Assembly (NCBI GenBank): GCA_964409875.1
Contig: CAYPEN010000004.1
Span: forward strand, 107,784 to 171,783
Length of the DNA: 64,000 nt
Reading direction: 5' to 3'
DNA from: an uncultured Gammaproteobacteria bacterium
Lineage (GTDB): Bacteria > Patescibacteriota > Microgenomatia > Levybacterales > GWA1-39-11
The stretch's first letter is position 1. Each line of letters opens with the position of its first letter. Positions 28,673 to 37,322 of the stretch are shown here, in pieces. The notes beneath the pieces are model-generated. The model saw only the letters and a list, made by a program, of their open reading frames with translations. It had not been told where the DNA came from and ran no database searches. The position numbers and the translations under genes are program-made.

Positions 28673-29335
28673 ATGTTATTTTCAAAACGCATAACTACAT
28701 TGTCGTTCTTACTATTTTTGTTAGGGATAATTCTTATAAACCCTTTCCAAGTAGTAGCATCAGTTTATTCTGACGAGACTGTAAATCAGATTAATCAGCA
28801 ACGGCAAAAGCAGGGACTCACCCCTTATACAAATTCAGATTTGCTTACAAAAGCGGCAAGAAATCACAATACTACAATGTTCAATTGCGCAAAAACATAT
28901 GGGGTTAACTCTTGTTTTTCCCATCAAGTAACTCTTCTTTCCGAACCCTACTTTTTCGATAGGATAAAAGCAACGGGTTACAATCCGCAATCAGCATCTG
29001 AAAATATTGCATGGGGATATACCACTCCCACGGCCGTTGTAAATGGTTGGATGGGGAGCGCTGGACATAGAGTCAATATTCTCGGAAACTATAAAGATAT
29101 CGGGTGTGATTTTCTGGATGGCCTGAGCGGTTCTTACCAGGGAATGTACTGGACATGCAATTTTGCTACATCAAATTCGCAACAGCCCACTGTAACCCCG
29201 ATACCCCTTCCATCTTTAACTCCAACTGCGACTCCTACACCTACCACACCTAAAACAATAACTCCTACCCCTACATCCATTCCTCAAAAACCATGGTGGT
29301 GCGCTTACGTTCCTTCTTATCCACTCTGTAAATAA
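28673..29335 (+). CDS. secreted CAP/SCP (PR-1-like) domain protein with Pro/Thr-rich linker and Cys-containing C-terminal tail
   Basis: Signal peptide, CAP core ...GHRVNILGNYKDIGC..., linker TPTATPTPTTPKTITPTPTS, tail WWCAYVPSYPLCK. Confidence 0.65.
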   Translation: MLFSKRITTLSFLLFLLGIILINPFQVVASVYSDETVNQINQQRQKQGLTPYTNSDLLTKAARNHNTTMFNCAKTYGVNSCFSHQVTLLSEPYFFDRIKATGYNPQSASENIAWGYTTPTAVVNGWMGSAGHRVNILGNYKDIGCDFLDGLSGSYQGMYWTCNFATSNSQQPTVTPIPLPSLTPTATPTPTTPKTITPTPTSIPQKPWWCAYVPSYPLCK

Positions 29336-29386
29336 TCTACACAATTTGAACTTTCATAACAAATCGTGCTTAAATGAAATAGGCAT

Positions 29387-30064
29387 ATGAAGAAGGCCAT
29401 TATTATATTTGTTTTGCTATTGCTTTTTGGTGGATTGGCATATGTGGGGCTTGAAATGAGAGATGTCGTTGTATCAAAAAATTACACTGATTACTGGCAG
29501 CAAAAAGCTTTTGATAGCGGAGATTTCGTGTATGTTGTTCTTGGAGATGCAAATGGACTGGGGGTGGGCGCTTCATCGGCCATGAAAGGTTATGTTGGGC
29601 TGTTGACCGATAAAATCAAACAGACCGACAGAACAGTAAAAATAGTTAATCTTTCATCAAAAGATGCGAAGATAAATACAGTCATCAATGAACAACTTCC
29701 AAAAATTGGAAATTTAAAACCAGACCTTGTGACTATTACAATTGGCATGATTGATATTGAATCAGGGAAAGGATTAGAGTCGTTCGCTCATGACATGCAA
29801 TTGCTTTTGCCTCTTCTCCCGACGCACGTTAGTTATATTTCCGAAATCCCCTTTACATTGATTCCTGGCAAGGGAAAAGTTATCCGTGAGGCGAACCTGA
29901 AAATACTCGAACTAGCGAATATTGCGGGTGTTAATACGGTATTATTAGGAGATACCCTTAATAAGAACAATGATCTGTCCGTCTATGATTGGGGTTTGAA
30001 GTACCCCAATGATAAAGGACATTCATTATGGGCGGATGCATTTTGGAATACAATTCAACAATGA
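29387..30064 (+). CDS. SGNH/GDSL-family hydrolase, membrane-anchored
   Basis: TM anchor; VVLGDANGLGVGAS resembles the GDS(L) block I of SGNH hydrolases. Confidence 0.5.
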   Translation: MKKAIIIFVLLLLFGGLAYVGLEMRDVVVSKNYTDYWQQKAFDSGDFVYVVLGDANGLGVGASSAMKGYVGLLTDKIKQTDRTVKIVNLSSKDAKINTVINEQLPKIGNLKPDLVTITIGMIDIESGKGLESFAHDMQLLLPLLPTHVSYISEIPFTLIPGKGKVIREANLKILELANIAGVNTVLLGDTLNKNNDLSVYDWGLKYPNDKGHSLWADAFWNTIQQ

Positions 30065-30945
30065 ATACTCACTATCAACATCTCAAGGAAAAATTAGAAC
30101 TCAGAAATTCAACCCTTAAGGGGCAGCTAGTGCAAAAGCATAAAGCCGCATTTGAGTGGATGCAGAGTAACACCAAACAACTTGCTGCTGGTGCATTTGG
30201 AAGTTTATTGCTTCTAACATCTCCAGCGACGAATTTCTTACCAAAACCCGATGAGTCTGCCATTCATGGCTCACAGTTTGTTGATATACCACAGAATATG
30301 TTCGTCATTAACGACTTAAAGCCTTATTTGCCTGACACCGTTGGCCCTCTTATTCCAATGCAGGAAGAAAAAATTGCAGAAATTCTAAGCGGTTATTATG
30401 GGTTTTCTGTCGCTCCCCAGATAGATGGGAAGAGGTTAAATACAACATATGGATACATAGGGCTTGAGCAACATTTAAAGCGCTATCCAGGAGACAGCAT
30501 GGAAGAAAGAATAAAACATGACCCTTCGGCTGTTGAATTTGCTAAAAACGGACTTGCTCCGGGGCTTGGCGGGTTTGGGTATTTTGCCAAATCTAAAGCA
30601 GAGCTAACTAAAAAAGATATCGACCGTGAGAAATATTACATCGCAGTCCAATCTTTTTTGGCGCCCGGATTTTCAGATAGGAGACGTGAGTATATAGAAT
30701 TTTTTAAATACCGCAAAATGCTTCTTGTGAATCCTGAAAACGGTAGGGCTGTTGTTGCAGATATTGCAGATGCAGGACCTGCGGTATGGACAGGCAAGCA
30801 ACTTGGAGGAAGTCCTGAAGTAATGCACCATTTGGAAAGGGTAGATGGGATATCAAGAGGCGGCGTGTTATACTTTTTTATTGATGACCCTGAAGACAAA
30901 ATACCTTTGGGGCCTATTGAACCGGCAAAGTTGGCAAAAAGTTAA
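30061..30945 (+). CDS. membrane-anchored hypothetical protein with C-terminal RlpA-like double-psi beta-barrel (DPBB/3D)-like segment
   Basis: ATGA start/stop overlap with the upstream gene; C-terminal LLVNPENGRAVVADIADAGP resembles RlpA VTNLENGRSVIVRINDRGP. Confidence 0.4.
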   Translation: MNTHYQHLKEKLELRNSTLKGQLVQKHKAAFEWMQSNTKQLAAGAFGSLLLLTSPATNFLPKPDESAIHGSQFVDIPQNMFVINDLKPYLPDTVGPLIPMQEEKIAEILSGYYGFSVAPQIDGKRLNTTYGYIGLEQHLKRYPGDSMEERIKHDPSAVEFAKNGLAPGLGGFGYFAKSKAELTKKDIDREKYYIAVQSFLAPGFSDRRREYIEFFKYRKMLLVNPENGRAVVADIADAGPAVWTGKQLGGSPEVMHHLERVDGISRGGVLYFFIDDPEDKIPLGPIEPAKLAKS

Positions 30946-30975
30946 CATGAATAAGCAAAGCTTGTTCACATACAT

Positions 30976-31305
30976 ATGAATAATCATTTCTTCAGTCATT
31001 TGATTGAAATTCAAACTCTTGAGTTGGAGCTTGACGACATGTCGATGGAAGAACATGAAAAAGAGGAGATAAGAAAGCTAATTCATGAGAATATCTACCA
31101 CACCGTTCTTGATGCAGTCTTGTCGGAGCTTTCCGAAGATGACAAAAGGGTTTTTTTGACCCATCTTGTGTCTGAGGACAATGAGAAAATTTGGAATTTT
31201 GTGAATGACAAAGTGGAAAATATTGAGGAAAAAATAAGAAAAGTAGCTGAAGACATTAAGCGTGAGCTTCACAAGGATATCACTTCTACAAAGCATGCAA
31301 AGTAA
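30976..31305 (+). CDS. hypothetical acidic protein (109 aa)
   Basis: ORF only; Glu/Asp-rich helical; no known domain recognised. Confidence 0.35.
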   Translation: MNNHFFSHLIEIQTLELELDDMSMEEHEKEEIRKLIHENIYHTVLDAVLSELSEDDKRVFLTHLVSEDNEKIWNFVNDKVENIEEKIRKVAEDIKRELHKDITSTKHAK

Positions 31306-31855
31306 GGAAAAGGCACTTCAGAAAATCGCCCACGAAATAGAGAACTGCATTGATTGTAAGATCGGCAAGCATGGTATGGCTGTACCTGGCGAGGGTAATC
31401 CTGACGCGGATATTATGTTTGTTGGAGAGGCTCCCGGAAGAACGGAAGCTGCGACAGGGAGACCATTTGTTGGCAGATCCGGAAAACTTTTGAGAAGTCT
31501 TATAAATGAAGCGGGACTTAACGAGGAAGACGTATACATAACAAGTCCTGTAAAATATTTGCCCGACTACATTACTCCAAAACCCTCCGATATAGCACAC
31601 GGAAAAACACATTTTGATGAGCAAGTTAAGGTGATTGATCCTAAGTTTATCGTTCTTCTTGGTCGAGTTGCTGCACTGGCAGTTTTAAATAAGAATATTT
31701 CCGTAGTAAAAGAACATGGGAAAATCATTGAAGAAAATGGTAGAAAATATTTTATAACGGTTCATCCTGCTGCAGCTCTTCGGTTTACGAAGATGAAAAA
31801 CACGCTGCTTGAAGATTTTTTTAACCTCAAAAAGCTTTTAAAGATTAACTTTTGA
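31295..31855 (+). CDS. udg: uracil-DNA glycosylase, family 4 (FeS)
   Basis: CIDCKIG..GEGNPDADIMFVGEAPGRTEAATGRPFVGRSGKLL is the family-4 UDG signature. Confidence 0.8.
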   Translation: MQSKEKALQKIAHEIENCIDCKIGKHGMAVPGEGNPDADIMFVGEAPGRTEAATGRPFVGRSGKLLRSLINEAGLNEEDVYITSPVKYLPDYITPKPSDIAHGKTHFDEQVKVIDPKFIVLLGRVAALAVLNKNISVVKEHGKIIEENGRKYFITVHPAAALRFTKMKNTLLEDFFNLKKLLKINF

Positions 31856-31863
31856 CTATTAGC

Positions 31864-32196
31864 TTAATGGTCTTTGTGATATCTTTTCTCTATTTTTTCA
31901 AGCTTGTCATTAATTGCTCGTTGAATATCAACTTTGGCAACACTGGCAAGCTGTATTGTCGTTATGATTACATCTGCAAACTCTTCGTAAATATTCCTTT
32001 TGTCGAATTTATCAAGTTTTGATTTTCTTTGAAGCCTTAAAACACTTAAAATATCATTGCAAAGTTCTCCTACCTCCTCATTGAGTTTTACCGTTTTTGT
32101 GAGAATTTCTTTTTCTTCTTGGGTGTAGAGTTTGTAGTGGGGACGCGTCCTTACATTCATTTCATTTATTTTCTCCTGAAGTCCTTTAATATCCAT
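31864..32196 (-). CDS. MazG-like all-alpha NTP pyrophosphohydrolase (small dimeric type)
   Basis: 111 aa from MDIKGLQEK; EEVGEL and EEFADVIITT motifs of MazG/dimeric dUTPase-like NTP-PPases. Upstream part of the 192-aa ORF is Phe/Tyr-rich junk. Confidence 0.55.
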   Translation of the reverse strand: MDIKGLQEKINEMNVRTRPHYKLYTQEEKEILTKTVKLNEEVGELCNDILSVLRLQRKSKLDKFDKRNIYEEFADVIITTIQLASVAKVDIQRAINDKLEKIEKRYHKDH

Positions 32197-32238
32197 AGAT
32201 ATTATTATACGCCATTTGTTGTAGTGTATTATATAGGT

Positions 32239-32631
32239 ATGTCGAGAAGAAGCATTATTCAAGAGACCGAAGAAGAAATAGTAAAAGAAGCAGAGGTTGT
32301 GATGCGATGGAGCGGCAAAAGAATCGTTATTGCAACTTTTCTTTGTATTATTCTTATCGTAGGAGGCATATATGGAATATACAAATTGGGACAAAACACA
32401 GTAAATGTGCTGGGAGCTCAAACAAAGAAAGACCATCCCCAATTACAGATTCCACAACAGAAAAATGTAGAAGAAATCATTAACAACGCGAAAAAAGATC
32501 TTTCTAATATTAATGCCAAAAATATTGTGGAAAGTCAGCCTCAGCTCAAGAAGGTCATCGACGACCTCACTCATTTAACGGGCTCTTCCAGTAGCGCGAA
32601 AAACCTTATCTGCGACACACTGTGTAAATAG
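32239..32631 (+). CDS. hypothetical membrane-anchored protein (131 aa)
   Basis: Internal ATG 32239; single TM then a polar domain ending with a Cys pair (CDTLC). Confidence 0.35.
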   Translation: MSRRSIIQETEEEIVKEAEVVMRWSGKRIVIATFLCIILIVGGIYGIYKLGQNTVNVLGAQTKKDHPQLQIPQQKNVEEIINNAKKDLSNINAKNIVESQPQLKKVIDDLTHLTGSSSSAKNLICDTLCK

Positions 32632-32699
32632 CCCTTACTTTTTTTGGGTTAGTAACGTAGCTTGTGTCTAGCTTTGAGGCTGGTTATAATAACTCAAAC

Positions 32700-33707
32700 A
32701 TGGATGAATTAAAACAAAGAGCAGAAATTGTACTGCAAAAACTTAATATTAATGAAAAAAGGATTCGATTTAATGAAATAGAAGCTAAGTCAGTAGACCC
32801 TAACTTCTGGAAGGATACAGAAGCCGCAACAAAGCTCATGCAGGAGTTTGGAGCTTTGCAAAAAGAAATTGAGAACTACGAAAAAATCCAAAAATTGGTT
32901 TCAGATGAACGATTTGAGGAACTCGAGGAACCATTGAAAGAATTAGAGATTTATCTTTACCTTTCAGGACCGTTAGATAAGGCAAATGCTATCATTTCTA
33001 TCCACGCAGGGCAGGGAGGAGTCGACGCCATGGATTGGGCGCAAATGTTGGCACGTATGTATCAGAGGTTCTTTGAGCGGCGTGGATGGAAATTTGAAAT
33101 AATAGATCAGGCAAATGGGGATGAGGCGGGGATAAAATACATCGATTATTTAGTAGAAGGAGAATTTGTTTATGGTTACTTAAAGGGTGAGAACGGAACC
33201 CATAGATTGGTCAGGCTTTCCCCCTTCAATGCAAATAACTTACGACAAACCTCATTTGCTCTTGTTGAGGTATTGCCGCAGTCAGATGATGACACTTCGC
33301 TAAAAATCAACGATGAAGATTTGGAATGGGAATTTTATCGTGCATCATCTCACGGTGGTCAGAATGTTCAGAAGGTAAGCAGCGCTGTGCGGCTTACCCA
33401 TAAGCCTACAGGAATAGTAGTCACAAATCAAACAGAGCGATATCAAAATCAAAATAGAGAGTACGCACTCAAGCTTTTGAAAGCAAAACTATTGGCTCGG
33501 GCAGAGCAAGAGCGTCAGGCAGAGGAGAGAAAACTGAAAGGAGAGTATAAAGCCGCGTCATGGGGTAACCAAATAAGAAATTATGTCCTTCATCCTTATC
33601 AAATGGTAAAAGACCTTCGTACAAATATTGAGACAAGCAACACAGAAGCTGTGTTGGATGGTGATATCGATGCATTCATTGAAGCTGAACTCAAGGAATT
33701 GGAGTAG
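32700..33707 (+). CDS. prfB: peptide chain release factor 2 (no programmed frameshift)
   Basis: SPF tripeptide (SPFNANNLRQTSFALVEV) diagnostic of RF2, GGQ motif GGQNVQKVSSAVRLTHKPTGIVV; single continuous ORF. Confidence 0.85.
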   Translation: MDELKQRAEIVLQKLNINEKRIRFNEIEAKSVDPNFWKDTEAATKLMQEFGALQKEIENYEKIQKLVSDERFEELEEPLKELEIYLYLSGPLDKANAIISIHAGQGGVDAMDWAQMLARMYQRFFERRGWKFEIIDQANGDEAGIKYIDYLVEGEFVYGYLKGENGTHRLVRLSPFNANNLRQTSFALVEVLPQSDDDTSLKINDEDLEWEFYRASSHGGQNVQKVSSAVRLTHKPTGIVVTNQTERYQNQNREYALKLLKAKLLARAEQERQAEERKLKGEYKAASWGNQIRNYVLHPYQMVKDLRTNIETSNTEAVLDGDIDAFIEAELKELE

Positions 33708-34992
33708 TAGGAGGCTCGAGCTTAATAGTTGATATAATATAATCCACCTCTTCTTGTGTCGGATTGTTTGTGATTGCAATACTATAAACATTATCCTTTG
33801 TATCAAATAGAGTAAGAACTTGTGATGTGTCATTTTTGCCTTTAGCTGCAATTTGGTAGCCTTTAAGACTGTTGTAGTGGAAGGAATAGACGTAGGGGCT
33901 ACCCAAAATAAGGACTTCTTTAAAAGGCAGTTCAAAACCCATTGCCACAATTTTTCTGGGAGAAGTGGTAATGTTTAGAGAATTTGGGTCGAGATTTAAT
34001 AATGTCATGTGGAGCAAATAGTTCGATGAAGAAATATCCTCACCAATAATTCTTTTGAGTTCTTTTGTGTGCGGGTCTGAGTCTGGAAAAAGTGTTTTTA
34101 CTGAAATAATTTTTGCACTATTGGCGGGACTTAACAAAACTCCATGAGCTGGTTTATAAAAGTACGCCCAATCAGATAATCCCCATTTCATATTTTTTGT
34201 TGGTTCACCCCAAGGGGTGGTGAGAGTTACTCCAAAATGAGAAATAGTAGCAGGGTGAGACGGTTTATAATTTTTAATAGAGATGGTCCGTTCCTGCGGA
34301 AATTCATAAAGAGTTGGATGTTTTTCTTTTGAATATAACATTAATTGCATAATTGGACTCATAAATACAGCTGGCCAGATATTAAGTGTAATAAGACAGC
34401 AGGCAATAAACGAGAAAAATCCCGTCGTAAAGATTAATTTTTTTGAAAGCGCTTCTCCTTTATGGATAAAAAAAGTTGCTTTTACTGCTTTAATAGCCGT
34501 AAAGAGACCAATAATTGCAAGAAAAATATTAGCTCCGCCATACTGTGTAATCTTGTTTATTACTGTAATGATAAATGAGAGAATTATTGCAATTAAGAAA
34601 GTCAGCGCAGCCGTCCTATTTCGACTTTTTCGAAGCCAGAATGATATGGAAATGTAGCCTATGCTGTCGATAATTGTGTCCCACCAATTGGGCGTTCCGG
34701 TTACAAACAAGATACAGGATAAAATTATAAACAAAACACCCACTGTGACTGAAAAATTTGCTGCGTCACGGATTGCTTTTACAGCTTCCTCAGGAGTTGT
34801 TATGGCAAGCGACCAAATAGTTTTTTTGTGTTGAGGTGGTTGCTGCGACGTAGAATTTCGGATCTGGACGTATGAGTCTAAAATATCCTGTTGCTCCCAA
34901 CCCTTTTGAAGTAGACTGGGAGTAATCAGCTCAGGAGAGAGTCCTCTATTAATAGAGTCCTGAATATAGGCAACAAGTTCTTGTCTGACCAC
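33691..34992 (-). CDS. hypothetical polytopic membrane protein with large C-terminal extracytoplasmic domain
   Basis: N-terminal soluble segment of about 90 aa, about 5 TM helices, about 230-aa beta-rich C-terminal domain; no known domain. Confidence 0.4.
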   Translation of the reverse strand: MVRQELVAYIQDSINRGLSPELITPSLLQKGWEQQDILDSYVQIRNSTSQQPPQHKKTIWSLAITTPEEAVKAIRDAANFSVTVGVLFIILSCILFVTGTPNWWDTIIDSIGYISISFWLRKSRNRTAALTFLIAIILSFIITVINKITQYGGANIFLAIIGLFTAIKAVKATFFIHKGEALSKKLIFTTGFFSFIACCLITLNIWPAVFMSPIMQLMLYSKEKHPTLYEFPQERTISIKNYKPSHPATISHFGVTLTTPWGEPTKNMKWGLSDWAYFYKPAHGVLLSPANSAKIISVKTLFPDSDPHTKELKRIIGEDISSSNYLLHMTLLNLDPNSLNITTSPRKIVAMGFELPFKEVLILGSPYVYSFHYNSLKGYQIAAKGKNDTSQVLTLFDTKDNVYSIAITNNPTQEEVDYIISTIKLEPPTTPIP

Positions 34993-35105
34993 AATTCAGT
35001 ATGGATAATAATTTACAGAAATGTCAATTATAAGGTTTAAAAGTTGAAATTTTTTATCAGAATGGGTTGAATTAAACTTCATAATATGGTTAGATATGAA
35101 GAGTC

Positions 35106-35588
35106 ATGGAAGAAAATAAACTGCCTAAAAAAGAGCTAATTCATGATTTGAATTCTCCACGCAAAAAAAACAGCAGTTCATCTGGAATTATGAAAAAACA
35201 GCTTATATTGACCGTTATAATTGTCGTAATTTTAGGTATTGGTACGGGTTACATCGCTGCAAATGTTGCGGGAAGCAGCAACAAAGGGCCACTTTCCGTA
35301 AACAATAGTGGGTCTGGCGGATCGATGGGAAAGGGATTTACCGCCGGAGTCAATGACACGAAAGCATTTCCAGATACTGCTGAAGGCGTTCTACAAGCAG
35401 GGGGAATTGATGGAGAAGGTGCGTATCATCTGGTGCGTCCGGGTGGAGACTCACAAAATGTATATATGACATCCTCGGCAGTTGACTTGAGTCAGTTCAT
35501 GGGAAAAAAGGTAAAAGTTTGGGGGCAGACGCAGGCTGCACAAAAGGCGGGATGGCTCATGGATGTTGGAAAAATACAAATACTGTAG
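35106..35588 (+). CDS. hypothetical secreted/membrane-anchored Gly/Ser-rich protein
   Basis: TM anchor (LILTVIIVVILGIGTGYIAA) followed by GS-rich linker and a small C-terminal domain. Confidence 0.35.
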   Translation: MEENKLPKKELIHDLNSPRKKNSSSSGIMKKQLILTVIIVVILGIGTGYIAANVAGSSNKGPLSVNNSGSGGSMGKGFTAGVNDTKAFPDTAEGVLQAGGIDGEGAYHLVRPGGDSQNVYMTSSAVDLSQFMGKKVKVWGQTQAAQKAGWLMDVGKIQIL

Positions 35589-35660
35589 TTTCAATATCAG
35601 CTGTAGTAATAGAACGAGGTATGTGCATGAAATCCAACGATTTCATCGAAGCTTATAATC

Positions 35661-36443
35661 ATGATTACATTTCAAGATGTAACCAAACAATACTACTCGG
35701 ACCTTGCGCTTGATAAGGTAAGTTTTTCCATTGAGAAAGGGGATTTTGTTTTTCTTGTCGGGCCGACTGGAAGTGGTAAAACCACGATTTTCCGACTTAT
35801 TATAAGAGACCTCCTTCCGACAGAAGGGGCTATCACAATTGGGGATATTGACGTGGTGAAATTGCCGGGAAAAAAAGTCAGGCAGCTTCGTAGAAACGTT
35901 GGGGTTATTTTTCAGGATTTGAAATTATTGCATGACAGAACTGTTGGAGAGAATGTAATGTTGCCGCTTCAGTTTTCGGGCGTATCCGAAAAGGATGCCA
36001 AAGAAAGAGCTCATGAAGTACTAAAAAGTGTAGGGCTTATGAGCGCTTTTACAAAATTTCCTCAACAACTCTCTGGTGGAGAAAGACAGCGAGTTGCAAT
36101 AGCACGTGCGCTCGTTTTTGATCCGGAAGTAATCCTCGCCGATGAGCCTACCGGTAATTTGGACCTTGAAACCAGTATGCAAATACTCAATCTGTTGGAT
36201 GAAATCAACAAAACCGGAACAACTATTTTTATGGCGACACACAATGATAGGATAATAGATACCACTAAAAAAAGGGTTATTGTGCTTGAAAATGGTAAAT
36301 TAAAGGAAGATAGAAAGAAAAAAGGTGAGGAAAAAAAGCATGCTGAATCTGAAGAGAAACATATGACAAAGCATGAAAAGGTGGAAAAGAAAGAACCTAA
36401 TGAGGAAGAGGAAAAAATTTCACTGGAGAGTTTAACGAAATAA
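35661..36443 (+). CDS. ftsE: cell division ATP-binding protein FtsE with about 45-aa Lys/Glu-rich C-terminal tail
   Basis: MITFQDVTKQY...LVGPTGSGKTT, LSGGERQRVAIARAL, ILADEPTGNLD; tail EDRKKKGEEKKHAESEEKHMTKHEKVEKKEPNEEEEK. Confidence 0.85.
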   Translation: MITFQDVTKQYYSDLALDKVSFSIEKGDFVFLVGPTGSGKTTIFRLIIRDLLPTEGAITIGDIDVVKLPGKKVRQLRRNVGVIFQDLKLLHDRTVGENVMLPLQFSGVSEKDAKERAHEVLKSVGLMSAFTKFPQQLSGGERQRVAIARALVFDPEVILADEPTGNLDLETSMQILNLLDEINKTGTTIFMATHNDRIIDTTKKRVIVLENGKLKEDRKKKGEEKKHAESEEKHMTKHEKVEKKEPNEEEEKISLESLTK

Positions 36444-36446
36444 TTT

Positions 36447-37313
36447 ATGCACGTACAGACAGTTGCCAAATATATACGACGTTCACCATATCAATCGGTG
36501 GCAGCAATTCTTATTATGTCATTGACATTTTTGACAATCGCTGTTTTTTCAATAATTACAATTATTTCCGTGAGAGTCATTAACTACTTTGAAACACGGC
36601 CGCAGTTGTCGGTTTTTTTCAAGCAAGAGGCAACAGTTGATGAAATTAATGCGCTTCGCAAACAACTTACGGATACGGGAAGATCAAGAAGTATAAAGTT
36701 TGTGTCAAAAGATGAAGCGTTATCAATCTATAAACAGCAGAATAAAGATGACCCTTTGCTTCTAGACTTGGTTACATCCGATATCCTTCCTTCGTCTTTA
36801 GATGTCCAAGCAAACGATGCTTCATATCTTTCCGATTTGGCAAGTATTGCTAAAAAGTCAAAAGCAGTTGATGAAGTTGTTTTTCAAAAAGACATAGTCG
36901 ACACTCTTATACGGTTTACAAATGGATTGCGTCAAATTGGACTTGTAATAATCACTGTACTTTTGGTCGTAAGTATTTTTGTTATTCTCACGATTATTGG
37001 AATAAAGATTACGGTAAGAAGAGACGAGATTGAAATAATGAAATTAATTGGAGCGACTAACTGGTTTATCAGAACACCGTTTTTATTAGAAGGAATGTTT
37101 TATGGTGCTGTGGGTGCTGTTGTCGGATGGGCTGTTTCCTATGGGGTTCTTTATTTTTATGCTACGCCAAAAATTGAGAGTTTTTTTGGTGGTGTTCCGG
37201 TTCTTCCCATCGAACCTCTTCTTATGATTGAAGTGCTTGGAGTTTTATTCTTTTCGGCAATAATCTTGGGAGCATTCTCGAGTTTTTTGGCCGTCCTTCG
37301 TTATTTGAAGTGA
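36447..37313 (+). CDS. ftsX: cell division permease FtsX
   Basis: N-terminal TM, periplasmic loop, three C-terminal TM helices; directly follows ftsE. Confidence 0.8.
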   Translation: MHVQTVAKYIRRSPYQSVAAILIMSLTFLTIAVFSIITIISVRVINYFETRPQLSVFFKQEATVDEINALRKQLTDTGRSRSIKFVSKDEALSIYKQQNKDDPLLLDLVTSDILPSSLDVQANDASYLSDLASIAKKSKAVDEVVFQKDIVDTLIRFTNGLRQIGLVIITVLLVVSIFVILTIIGIKITVRRDEIEIMKLIGATNWFIRTPFLLEGMFYGAVGAVVGWAVSYGVLYFYATPKIESFFGGVPVLPIEPLLMIEVLGVLFFSAIILGAFSSFLAVLRYLK

Positions 37314-37322
37314 GTACCTACC

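Noticed and set aside
29180-29290. Nucleotide similarity between the PT-linker DNA here and at 39060-39240 (possible dispersed repeat)
   Set aside because: Similarity is limited to low-complexity ACNCCNACN codon repeats encoding Pro/Thr linkers in two different proteins; not a mobile or tandem repeat element
32664-32700. Possible programmed +1 frameshift site (CTTTGA) at the start of prfB
   Set aside because: The TGA is not in the zero frame and the RF2 ORF is continuous from ATG 32700 to the stop; the GTG at 32664 is just an upstream in-frame codon
36062-36469. 135-aa minus-strand ORF antisense to the ftsE 3' end
   Set aside because: Ser/Phe/Cys-rich translation of the complement of the Lys/Glu-rich ftsE tail; a compositional artefact
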